The notes below the pieces were generated by a model. It saw only the letters and a program-made list of their open reading frames with translations. It was not told the DNA's origin and did no database searches. The position numbers and the translations under genes are program-made. From Octopus sinensis (taxonomy: Eukaryota), in the NCBI RefSeq assembly GCF_006345805.1, contig NC_043007.1:66278001-66342000 (forward strand): a stretch of 64,000 bases of DNA. Reading direction: 5' to 3'. Shown piece after piece: positions 53,080-64,000 of the stretch. Within the stretch, counting starts at the first letter, position 1, and each line of letters opens with the position of its first letter.

Positions 53080-53285
<206 letters not shown>

Positions 53286-53314
53286 TAGATAGCTATAGAT
53301 ATAGATACACTTAC

Positions 53315-53464
53315 TTGAAAATATATGTTAGTCTCAGTGTTATGATCGAGAAGAACTTTAACGATATTACAGCTCTCTCCATCATATCTGAGTTTCCATT
53401 TTTCTCCTATCATATTGCACATAACAGCACATCTCACATCTCCTTTTTTTACAAGATGATGCAT
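53315..53464 (-). CDS. Candidate coding exon with ankyrin-like C-terminal half
   Basis: MHHLVKKGDVRCAVMCNMIGEKWKLRYDGESCNIVKVLLDHNTETNIYFQ ends at a consensus donor CAA|GTAAGT. IVKVLLDHN..TN resembles the ankyrin second helix. There is an in-frame stop 3 codons upstream of the ATG. Confidence 0.35.
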
Positions 53465-54108
53465 GTAATCTCATGGAGATTTGACAGCTATTTCTAGGAG
53501 ATCGTGTGACTACGTAGAGTCTTCTATATTTGTCCCTTGCTATTATCCATAAAAAAAAACAAATGGAAGTAATGTATTTTAGAAAAATCTAAAACAGCAA
53601 CAAAGAATCCGAAAAGTATGAAAAATATAAGGAAGGAAAGTCAGTGTAAAACAAAAATAAAAAATGTAGGAAATAAAAAAGGCACAAAACAAAAGAAAAG
53701 AATAGGGAAAAATAAAGAATGTTTGTTTGAAATGATTTTTAAAACAATCCAAACCCCAAAGTATATTAGGGATATAAATTATTTTTCCTCAAGTCACCCA
53801 TCTCCCACCGTAAAAATGAGAATATGAAAAAAAAATAGAAGAGAAAAATTTAAAGGAAAACATTCTGAAAGAATTTTAGAAAAGTCTTAAAAAACATCCG
53901 TGTGGATTTATACGCATATATACATGTGTATGTGTGTGTGTGTGTGTGTGTGTGAGTGCGAGTGCGAGTGCGCGCGCGCGCGCGGGTGTGTGTTCGTGTA
54001 TGGGTGTTTGATGAATGTATTTTTGCATGCACACCTATATGTATACATGGATTATGTGTATGTGTACATGAATATATGTATATATATATGCATATATATA
54101 TATTATAC

Positions 54109-54139
<31 letters not shown>

Positions 54140-54266
54140 GGTGTGTGTGTATGTATGTATGCATTTATGTATATATGTACATATGTATGTATAAAACCAA
54201 CTCACAGGCGTGTTCTTTTTCCACACTCCTTCACTTTTTGCCGCCATGCCACCAATAATAATAATG

Positions 54267-54299
<33 letters not shown>

Positions 54300-54420
54300 C
54301 CAGTGAATCCACCCCCTCTTTTACGGTTTATAGTGATAACACAATATCTTTTGACACCGCTGCGTATATAGATTTGTCATCATTTCAGCTTTGAGAAGCT
54401 TAAGGTCTCTTTCCATTTAC

Positions 54421-54563
54421 CAAGGATTTCCCGCCAGCCAAATATACTCTTCTAATAGCGGCTCCATACACCGATGACGTTGGCAAATAATTCGCGCGTT
54501 GGTGATCAGAGAAAGTCTTTCGCATTCGTATCCGACTTTTGTATTATTGTTTGCTGGCTGCAG
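54421..54563 (-). CDS. Candidate internal exon (143 nt)
   Basis: Strong acceptor (cctctgtcttcttttttttcctgtag), open phase-0 frame LQPANNNTKVGYECERLSLITNARIICQRHRCMEPLLEEYIWLAGNP, donor TG|gtaaat. No family recognised. Confidence 0.3.
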
Positions 54564-54889
54564 CTACAGGAAAAAAAAGAAGACAGAGGAAGGTGTAAGA
54601 AGAAGATTAAATACGAGGGAGAAGAAAGAGGAGGGGAGGAGAAATAGGTGGAGGAGGGGATGAAGGGAAGGAGGAGAAGGAGAAGAAGTAGAAGAAAAAG
54701 AAGAAGGAGAAGAAGAACAACAACAACAAGATGATGATGATGATGATGATGATGATGAAAAGTGAGAAGAAGAATGAATGAATGAATGTAACAGGAAATC
54801 TAAAGAGAGAAAAAGAGAATTCTATGTATATTCACACAATAACATATATACACATATATATACACATACATATATACATACATAATATA

Positions 54890-54974
<85 letters not shown>

Positions 54975-55143
54975 GTATGCATGTATGTATCTGTGTGTGT
55001 ATAAATGTACGTATATATGTGTAAATATATAAATGTATATGTATGCATATATTAGTATCTCTTTATAAACGCATTCATACTTATATGAATTATTTATGTA
55101 TCTGTTGTAGTATTATATGTACATATTATACATATATATATAG

Positions 55144-55209
<66 letters not shown>

Positions 55210-55337
55210 GGTCCCGGGTTGAGTCGGGGTTAACCACAGTAAATAAGGTACTCAATACATAGCAGAGTAAATTAATTTATTTTATAGAAGGAGCTTCTAG
55301 TCCTGTAGAAGCTCCTTCTATAAAATAAATAATAATA

Positions 55338-55378
<41 letters not shown>

Positions 55379-55733
55379 ATACATATATATATCAATACTT
55401 CTAGGACGGACTTTATAAATATATAATAAATCGCTACTCACATACACGTACAGACATAGTGTAGTCTATACGAACTATACTATACTAGTCCCATGGATAC
55501 CGACTCTGATGTCAAAATCATGTGATTTGTGGAAGCGTGCCTAGCGATGTATAAATTCCATCCTAGAATTAATGTTATAATATTTATCATACAACCGTGA
55601 TGCAACTCCGCAAAACTGACTCACAAGTGACTAGTCAGTATCATTAGATAGTAGATGGTATAATGAAATGGGAGTTTTATTTGCATACGCCTAACATTAT
55701 GTTAAAACGAATCTAAAAGATATATGTATATTA

Positions 55734-55775
<42 letters not shown>

Positions 55776-55841
55776 TATATATAGATATATATATATATAT
55801 ATATATATACTATATATATATACATATATATATATAATATA

Positions 55842-55899
<58 letters not shown>

Positions 55900-55903
<4 letters not shown>

Positions 55904-56094
55904 TAAAACGGTAAGATAACAAAAGAAGAAAGAGGACCTCAATATTATGTAAATAGAGGAAATTTATCTATACAATAATATGTTATATTACTCGATAGTC
56001 AAGATAAAACTCTGAGTTTCAGATGCCGAAGTGGGAATCCACGACATCTCTTCGGTTATCTGGTTATTTGAAAACGCTATGAAAAAATACCGTT

Positions 56095-56095
<1 letters not shown>
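55900..56095 (-). mobile_element. PLE-like pLTR fragment with degenerate HHR-like motif
   Basis: Minus strand ccgaaga-gatgtcg..cggcatc-t-gaaactc; flanked by (TA)n. Confidence 0.45.
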
Positions 56096-56135
<40 letters not shown>

Positions 56136-56393
56136 CACACACATATTGCACACATATACGCACAGACACACCTACACCCACACACTTACATATGTGCATA
56201 CACATCTTGTAATATTAAGATGTTTAAGAATTTCACTTTGAAATCACAAGGTCATTCAATGAATATTGAGTTCGAACAACAGAATACTCCTTACCCATCA
56301 TTCAAATTGACGGAGATACATTAGTTATATTATATATTGTTGTCCGTACTATTGTATGTGTCGTAAATATCCATCCCATATATATATAAACCG

Positions 56394-56456
<63 letters not shown>

Positions 56457-56635
56457 ATAAAATATTAGGGAATAAATCCAAAATTTACAGGGAAAAAATC
56501 AGATTTAGGATTAAATCCAATTTTATAGTAAAATATTATATAATATAATATAATATATAATATATATATATATAATATAATATAATATTATATAATATAT
56601 AATATATATATAAAAATATATATTATATAATATTA

Positions 56636-56869
56636 ATTCGAGACAAAACCACTATTTTGCAAAACAAACAAGGAAAGACTTAATCAATACATAAAATTTT
56701 TAATATAAAGAAATAAACAGATTAGGAGATCGAAAATCCACCCTGACGAATGTCATTGAAGACATGAAACGATTGTAGTGGTGGCGTTTATCTTTTTATA
56801 TTAAAAATTTTTATGTATTGATTAAGTCTTTCCTTGTTTGTTTTGCAAAATAGTGGTTTTGTCTCGAAT
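56636..56869 (+). mobile_element. PLE-type inverted duplication (83-bp arms) enclosing a canonical hammerhead (56737-56781)
   Basis: Arms 56636-56718 and 56786-56869. Spacer ccac-c-CTGACGA-ATGTC-attgaa-GACAT-GAAA-C-gatt-GTA|GTGG. Confidence 0.8.
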
Positions 56870-56877
56870 ATTATATA

Positions 56878-56922
<45 letters not shown>

Positions 56923-56964
56923 CGAACTAATATAATTCTTAATTTGACATCCCAGGAGAGGCTA

Positions 56965-57034
56965 ATTCGCCGGTGTAAAGGTAACACACTTAGGCGCGTT
57001 AGCAAAAGGACGTAGGTTCGAATCCCACGCGGAT
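56965..57034 (+). other. tRNA-like cloverleaf (tRNA pseudogene or SINE head)
   Basis: Acceptor ATTCGC/GCGGAT, D-stem GTGT/ACAC, T-arm GTAGG-TTCGAAT-CCCAC; the anticodon arm does not pair. Confidence 0.55.
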
Positions 57035-57743
57035 AGGAAGAACTTTATTTTTTCTGTCGCAGGTTCATATGCCCCGTTATTAGACTATTTTCCTTAGTCA
57101 TTGCACGGTGATCGCTTTAAATTTGTATAAAAAATGCCCTTATTATTATTCACAGGATTATAAAATACAGCGCCGTATAACAAAACCATTCACACTAAAA
57201 GCATAGATGAATATATAAAGTTTGGAATTTATGGTATAACTTTTGATTCTTTAATAGTTTTTTCATTACAATGTGGAAAATATTTTCAGAACATAAGTAT
57301 AAATGTCAATTAATTATAAAATAAATATAATAAATTCATTACATAATAATTTATGTACATACATTATCACATATATGCATATATATATACATATAAATAT
57401 GTATGTATATGTATGTATATAAACATATATGTTGTATGTATGTGTGTGTGTGTATGTAGTATGTATGTATGTATGTATGTATGTATGTATGTATTGAATT
57501 CTCACATCGATTTCGACTTTCGACGTATGAGGCTCCAACCACCAGCTGTTTACTATCTACATCGATGTTTTTTTTGACTGATGGAAGCTTGTATAATGAT
57601 CAAAACCACACTACTGGAAAATGTTGATAACAATGTTGGTACAAATACTTCTCCATCTCCAGAGCTATTTCCCTCAGTCAGGGGTCTAGCATCCAATCAT
57701 CCCTTGTAAACTAAATGGGCACCTAGGTACCAAACCAGAAATT

Positions 57744-57859
57744 TCTTATTTCTTTACTGCCCACAAGGAGCTAGACATAGAGGGGAGAAACAAGGACAGG
57801 CATACGGATTAAAGCGATTACTCGATCGACCCCAGTGCGTAACTGGTACATATATATAC

Positions 57860-57911
<52 letters not shown>

Positions 57912-58135
57912 TATATATATATACATATATATGTACATGTATATATATATATATACATATATATTAAGTCGATTACATCGAACCCAGTGCGTAACCGGTA
58001 CTTGATTTATCGACCCCGAAAGGATGAAAGGCAAATTCGACCTCGGCGGAATTTGAATTCAGAACGTAAAGACAGACGAAATGCCGCTAAGTATTTCGCT
58101 CGGTGTGCTAACGTTTCTGCCAGCTCGCCGCCTTA
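57744..58135 (-). mobile_element. Family A SINE split by a TA-rich insert with ~40-bp duplication
   Basis: attaag..gattac..atcga.cccagtgcgtaac.ggtac occurs at 57808-57849 and 57963-58001 around a TA-rich tract at 57850-57962. Confidence 0.8.
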
Positions 58136-58246
58136 CCACGCACACACAAACGAAGACAAACGGCACATATGATTTCTTTATAATGATCAAAAGTTTAGGC
58201 AGTGCGGTACCTCATTTCCTCCATCAAATCGATATTTCCTGTATAG

Positions 58247-58334
58247 GTATACCATGTGCCACACCTCAGATGTCCAAGTCATCGCAGGCCAATGTAAAAT
58301 GGTCCGAGAAGTGAAACCATGTCCTTGCGATTAA
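58247..58334 (+). CDS. Candidate Cys-rich terminal exon
   Basis: Acceptor gatatttcctgtatag, then G-TAT..: YTMCHTSDVQVIAGQCKMVREVKPCPCD*. No family recognised. Confidence 0.3.
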
Positions 58335-58659
58335 GAGTAGCATTAGGCCATGCACACACACATACACACACACACACACACATAAATACATACATACACA
58401 ATCTAAAAGCATATATGTGTATGAGTGTGTACGTGTATATGTCTGTGTATGCATGTATATACTTATGTATGTATATATATATATATGTTTCTGTATCCGT
58501 GCTTGTCCCTCACAACCGTTTGACAAACGGTTTGTATACGTCCACGTTACTTAACGGTTTTGCAAAAGGAAGGACGAAATAAGTATGAGGTGTACGAAAA
58601 AATATAGTGGGATCGATTCGTTCAGCAATATTTTAAAGCATTGCAGTAGTAGTGGTAGT

Positions 58660-58718
<59 letters not shown>

Positions 58719-59552
58719 ACAGCAGCAGCAGCAGCAGTAGTAATAGTAATGGAGTGGTGGTTTTTATAGTGGAGGAAATGGTGTTGGTGTTGGTAGTGGT
58801 GTTATTTGGGCTAGTGATGCGTGTGTTATTATTTCGGTGGTGGTGACGTCATCGGTGGTTGTGCTAGCAGCAGCAGCAATGGTGGTAATGGTACTAGTGG
58901 TAGCGGTGGTGGTGATAGTACAGCTGCGGGGGGGGGGGTCCTGACGGAGTTGTTGTTGTTGTTGTTGTTGGTAGTGGTGGTAGTGGTGGGTGCTGTGATG
59001 AACATTGACGTAATGGAGGACGCGCTTGTAGTGAATCTCCAACCGAAAGGACCGCGAAGGAAACGACGCTCTGCGACAAAACTTCGAATAAAGACTGTGT
59101 GCACCTCCATGTGTGTGTGTGTGTGTGTGTGCGCGTGTGTGTATGTATGTATGTGCGCGTGTGTGCATGCGTGTTATTGTCTATATTGACTTGGTATATA
59201 CATATATATGAAAGTAAACCTGATTGTATGTATGTATGCAAGTGTTAATAGGATTCTATAGGTGTCTTTGTACTCGCCTGTATGTGCATATTTGTGTGTA
59301 TATATACATTACTGTGCATGTGTGGCTTTGCATGTGTGTATGTATAGGTGTGCATATGTGACTGACTCAGTGAGTGTGTGTGTATGTGTGCGTGCGTTCA
59401 TATGCGTGTGTACGTTTGTGCGTGTGTTTTGTTGTGCATGTTTGTGTTTTTCCTCTGTGTGTCTTCGGTAGAATCTTGTTTGGGATTTCCTATTTCCAAA
59501 TGTTCCAGGCTGTGTGCGAGTGTGCGTGTGTGTGTGTGTGTGTGTATGCGAG

Positions 59553-59583
<31 letters not shown>

Positions 59584-60207
59584 TGTGCGTGCTTAGGAGA
59601 GTGCGCAGATCTCGCTGTACCGACAGAACAGAATATGAAAGATCAAAGCGAAAGTGTGTCGAGATGATATCAGTCGTAATATGACAGACCTGAGGCGAAG
59701 GAGCTCCAGAAGAGGAGCAAGAAATTGATAAAGAGTGGAAGAAGAAGAAGAAGAAGAAGAAGAAGAAGAAGAAGAAGAAGAAGAAGAAGAAGAAGAAGAA
59801 GAGGAAAGGAGGTGGAGTAGCAACACCAGTAGCAGTAGCAGCAGCAGGAAGTTGAGGAGGTGGTAAGGATGGACGTCAAGAGCAACAACAATAACAACAA
59901 TAGCAACAATAATGATATGCACAGAGAAATTGAAATACTTCGAAGTCCTGAAAGGAGTCGGCTTTATTTTAGAGAGTCCGGGGACATTGTAATGTATTTT
60001 TTTAATGATTCTGAACATATGTATGTGTACAAATAAACATCGGTTTATATGTGTGTGTATATATATATATAAACATACGAGTGTGCGTGTCTGTGTGTGT
60101 GTGTGTTCATATACATATATTTATATATACATGTATATGTATACACACACACACACGCACGCACACACACACACACACACACACTCACGTACACATACAG
60201 ACATGTA

Positions 60208-60420
60208 CGATGGTGGGAGCTGAAAAGTAGTTTCGATAGAAGAAAATATAGGAAGATAAGTTAATTATGATTTTATTCAACATATTCTTCTCTCAGATTC
60301 ACACACTTATTGCAACGGTCCTTCAGATTTTCTAAGCCCCGTGGAAGAACTCGGAAGATTAGGCCTTGAACTAGGCCTTTCGCGATACCCTTAAAACCAG
60401 GAACTTTTCAGCACACCCTT
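60208..60420. mobile_element. mariner-type MITE
   Basis: Imperfect TIRs cgatggtgggagctgaaaagt / rc agggtgtgctgaaaagttcc, with TA flanks. Confidence 0.6.
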
Positions 60421-60434
60421 ATATATATATATAT

Positions 60435-60493
<59 letters not shown>

Positions 60494-60500
<7 letters not shown>

Positions 60501-60792
60501 ACCGACCAGACCATCAGATGTTGTTACACATCGCTGGTCACAATGCGTTCGCACTGTGTTTTAGCCTTCGAATGACGCCACCCCGCTGGCTAAGCGAGCA
60601 GGCCAACAGAAGAAAGATAGTGGGAGAAAGAGTGGTGAAAGAGTACAGCAGGAATCACCACCCCCTGCCGGAGCCTCGTGGAGCTTTTTAGGTGTTTTTC
60701 TCAATAAACACTCACAACGCCCGGTCTGGGAATCGAAACCGCGATCCTGCGCCCGCGAGTCCGCTGCCTAACCACTAGGCCATTGCGCCTCC
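60494..60792 (-). mobile_element. Family C SINE, full length
   Basis: Head ggaggcgcaatggcctagtggttagggcagcggactcg; tail ctggtcggtcacgtga. Confidence 0.88.
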
Positions 60793-60974
60793 ACCACACA
60801 CACACAACCAACACACACACACACACATATATTATAATATAATATATATATATATATATACAAAAAGCAATAAAGATTCAAGTTAATTTAAATGAATTTA
60901 CTTGAATATGGTACCTAACTTAGATGCACCAAAAAAAACTATACTGTTTTAACAATACAGTAATGTGGGGTGAT

Positions 60975-61913
60975 TATAAGCGAGAAAGAAGCAACAAGAA
61001 TGATAGGTTTTTAGTACAATCGTTTCATACAAGGACAGGCTTTATTAAAAGTTGTAAAAATTACAGCATATAAACGTGTCCCGTACTCATCAGCTAAAAT
61101 ACATGTGAGTTCTCTAGACATCCTAGTGGTTGAGGCTATACTCATGAAGTAATGTAGATAATTAAGTAACATAAACAGATTTCCAAAGTTCATTAAAGTT
61201 CTTTAAAGATGATGTACAGTCTTATCACAGAATTTTAAAAAAGTTCTAATAGCATCACAGAGAAGGTGACCTAATCCATAGAGCACATATGAATTTCCAG
61301 AGATATGATGAGGGATTACATACTCACAGAAGACAAATTTATCCATTGTTAATCACAACGAGGTGGGTCTCAATTCCTGCTTATTAGCATTACAGAGAGG
61401 GTGAATTAATCCTTTGTATAGATGCGCAATTTCCAATGGTGTAGATGTAAGTTTCCAGAGAAATGAAGAGGAATTTCATATTCACAGGTGATAAATTTAT
61501 CAATGGTTGAACACAATGAGGTAGGTATCAATTCTTGTTATATGATTAGGTATTTGCCACATTAATCACATTACTGCTATTTACAAGAGGCTGTAGCTAT
61601 TTAACTTTTAAAGGCTGAAGGGCTTTCTAGAGAGGCCAAGAATAGAAAGGGAAGGGAATAGAAGAAAAGAGAGAAAATAAAGGAAGAGGGAGCAAAAAAA
61701 ATGGAAATCTGTTCATGTTACTTAATTATCTACATTACTTCATGAGTATAGCCTCAACCACTAGGATGTCTAGAGAACTCACATGTATTTTAGCTGATGA
61801 GTACGGGACACGTTTATATGCTGTAATTTTTACAACTTTTAATAAAGCCTGTCCTTGTATGAAACGATTGTACTAAAAACCTATCCATTCTTGTTGCTTC
61901 TTTCTCGCTTATA
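60975..61913. mobile_element. PLE-type element with ~211-bp near-identical inverted arms, each containing an intact hammerhead
   Basis: Arms 60975-61185 and 61702-61913 (about 2 differences seen); about 515-bp spacer with an internal diverged ~170-bp duplication. Confidence 0.85.
61789..61877 (+). ncRNA. Type I hammerhead ribozyme motif, intact core (mirror copy on minus strand at 61010-61098)
   Basis: TTTAG-CTGATGA-GTACGGGACA..(loop)..TGTCCTTGTAT-GAAA-C-GATT-GTA|CTAAA; perfect 5-bp stem I; GUA triplet; predicted cut after 61872. Confidence 0.75.
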
Positions 61914-62768
61914 TATATATATATATATATATACATACATACATATATTATATTTCTAAATCTCTCAGAGAGATTTATACAGTAGCAGCACGATAAAGTG
62001 ATGGTATGATGTCAACTTAATGTGACAGTCCCATGAAAGGGAAGAATGCTACTGCTATTTAGCCCTGGGAAACACTCTTTCCTGTTGGCCATGACACATT
62101 TTCTGTGTCCTTATGTTTTCAAATGGGGTGATAAGCACTCCGCCCAGCAAAGCCAGCGTCCAGTGACTAGTTTCAGAGTCATTGTTCATCATCAGTCTGG
62201 AGTAGCATGTCTTGCTCGCTGTCGATGATTATTTGCCTTTGAAAACATACACACGCACACACACATTTTTGTGTGTGTGTGTGTGTTAGTAGCAATCAAA
62301 AAGGTCCAAAGGAGCCACTTACTTGGTTGTGGTTTACAGGTTTAAAGGAGAAATTCACTCTAAAAGTTTTGTATCGATCATTAGAATATTTAGAAGAATC
62401 TAGATAAATATTTATCAAGCGGAACAAGACGAGCTAAACATACATGCGATAAAAGAAACTAATAGATGAGAAACACTGCTTTACGAGAGAATAGTACAAT
62501 AGTAAAAGGATGAGAAGTAGTAGAAAGACAGTCAGTCACTCCTTTAGAAACATTTTACCACTGTCCCTGTCTTGATCAGATTTACGCGCTTAGCTAATGT
62601 CTTCTCAGAATGTTTCCGTATTTCTTCCCCTCAGAATGTTTCGCTATATCGGGACATTATCACCGATTTAGACATTGGTTACTATGCAGATGGCGTTCCT
62701 TGATGACTTTTTAGTCAACAACGTAATCTTTTTTCGTCAGACATTCTGTGACCACTTCAGTGGGTATC

Positions 62769-62863
62769 TGTCTTCTCTTTTCTTTGGCCTTGTCCTGTCT
62801 GTCTGTTCCATCTTATCAAGATGGAACAGACAGGGCAAACAAGACCAGAGAGAAAAGGAGACA
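62769..62863. other. ~95-nt imperfect hairpin
   Basis: Perfect 15-bp core ctgtctgttccatct / agatggaacagacag around a 5-nt loop, extended by imperfect pairing to about 45 nt per arm. Confidence 0.7.
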
Positions 62864-62998
62864 CAGAAAACAGATAGTCATTGAAGAGGTCATAGAGTAT
62901 GTAACGAAAGAATGCTGACAAATATCATCTTCATTAAGGTCTTATATCCAGAAAAACAAAATGTCGAGTACGCATGCTATATTCTGTTGTTTCTATTT

Positions 62999-63082
<84 letters not shown>

Positions 63083-63172
63083 GTATAAGGATGAAAAGGA
63101 ACACACGAGTTGATATATATGAAAAAACAAGTGAGTATAGAAAATGCTAAAATAATTTTATAAAGAACATTT

Positions 63173-63211
63173 CAGCACCGGTTTCAGTCATTGAGACCTT
63201 TTCAACTGTAA
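63173..63211 (-). ncRNA. HHR-like motif with U3/A8 core variant (PLE pLTR remnant)
   Basis: ttacag-TTGAAAA-GGTC-tcaat-GACT-GAAA-CCG-GTG|ctg; the triplet is GUG in this copy, so it is likely inactive. Confidence 0.45.
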
Positions 63212-63419
63212 CAATTAAATAATTAAATTTAAAAAAATTAAAAGAAAAGTTTTTTAAAAGAATATTTGTATAGTGTTCAAATATAAGTGGCATTTTCCTT
63301 GTTTCTGCCTTTCTCTGTCTCTCTTGTTTACTCTTGTGGGTTCGAGATCATTATATATATATATACGTTTATCTATTCGTTTTGCAAGATTCTTGATGTG
63401 AAATCGTGTGTTGAAACAG

Positions 63420-63765
63420 ATATTGTTGTATTTCGTGATGGTCATTTTATTTATTTCTTTATATTTTTTCACTTATTTTTTTTCCAAATAAACAAACACT
63501 TTATATTTTTTTCCTTCACTCGTTTATTACTGTTCTTATTTTATTATTTTAACTTACGTCCATTGTCCGGAACACACACGGAAACGAAAAGTGTCACTGA
63601 AGAGATCACAAATGTGTGACGAAAGATTTCCCGACAATGGACATAAGTTAAAATAATAAAATAAGAATAGTTATAAACGAGTGGAAAATAAACTATATAG
63701 TGCGAGTGTATATTTGGCAATAAATAAATAACATGACCATCTCGAAATACAAAAAATATATATAT
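63420..63765 (+). mobile_element. Older inverted duplication enclosing an HHR-like core (63597-63630)
   Basis: Inner arms 63533-63572 and 63628-63667, extended imperfectly outward. Spacer CTGAAGA-gatcacaaatgtgtgac-GAAA-gaTTTC|. Confidence 0.6.
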
Positions 63766-63801
63766 ATATGCATGTATTATGTGTGTGTATGTGTGTGTGT
63801 T

Positions 63802-63838
<37 letters not shown>

Positions 63839-64000
63839 TTTATGGGTTACATCTACCATTAGTTTCATGCTAAACGGTGAGAAATTCCTTAGCAATTATC
63901 AGACCTATGGCATGGAACATCGGTGCTTGTTTCCATATTGGATTAACATACGTATATATTCTATGTCGTTTCTTTATCCTTTTCGTTGTTCTCACTTGTC

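Noticed and set aside
54400-54540. Homeodomain-like string SRIRMRKTFSDHQR...RRVYLA on the minus strand
   Set aside because: Preceded by an in-frame stop, spacing to helix 2 is off, and there is no WFxN helix 3.
62097-62162. Mitochondrial-carrier-like motif LLGGVLITPFENIRTQ on the minus strand
   Set aside because: A short motif without credible splice sites or further carrier sequence; chance match is likely.

Overview
AT-rich eukaryotic genomic DNA, almost certainly octopus (coleoid cephalopod). This is an inference from the SINE families, recalled from memory, and the extreme microsatellite load. The window has a 100-N scaffold gap at 45903-46002. I could not identify any complete host gene; nearly all ORFs in the track are translated (TA)n, (CA)n or (TACA)n repeats. 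Mobile elements dominate: three tRNA-type SINE families (a CORE/OR2-like family, a very abundant Meta/MESC-like 'family A', and an RTE-tailed 'family C'); Penelope-like elements (PLEs), including a near-full-length RT+GIY-YIG copy at about 12.9-15.5 kb; Tx1/L1, RLE-type and RTE LINE fragments; a DIRS/Ngaro-like tyrosine-recombinase remnant; mariner, piggyBac, Merlin and hAT elements; and non-autonomous Helitrons. The most interesting signal is about a dozen hammerhead-ribozyme (HHR) or HHR-like motifs in PLE terminal repeats. They include a family-wide non-canonical core (CUGUNGA, A6U) and a U3/A8 variant. Several sit in long, near-perfect inverted duplications whose inner edge lies at or near the predicted self-cleavage site. 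A few isolated candidate host exons and a pre-miRNA-like hairpin are reported at low confidence. Coordinates were read by eye and fragment edges are approximate.
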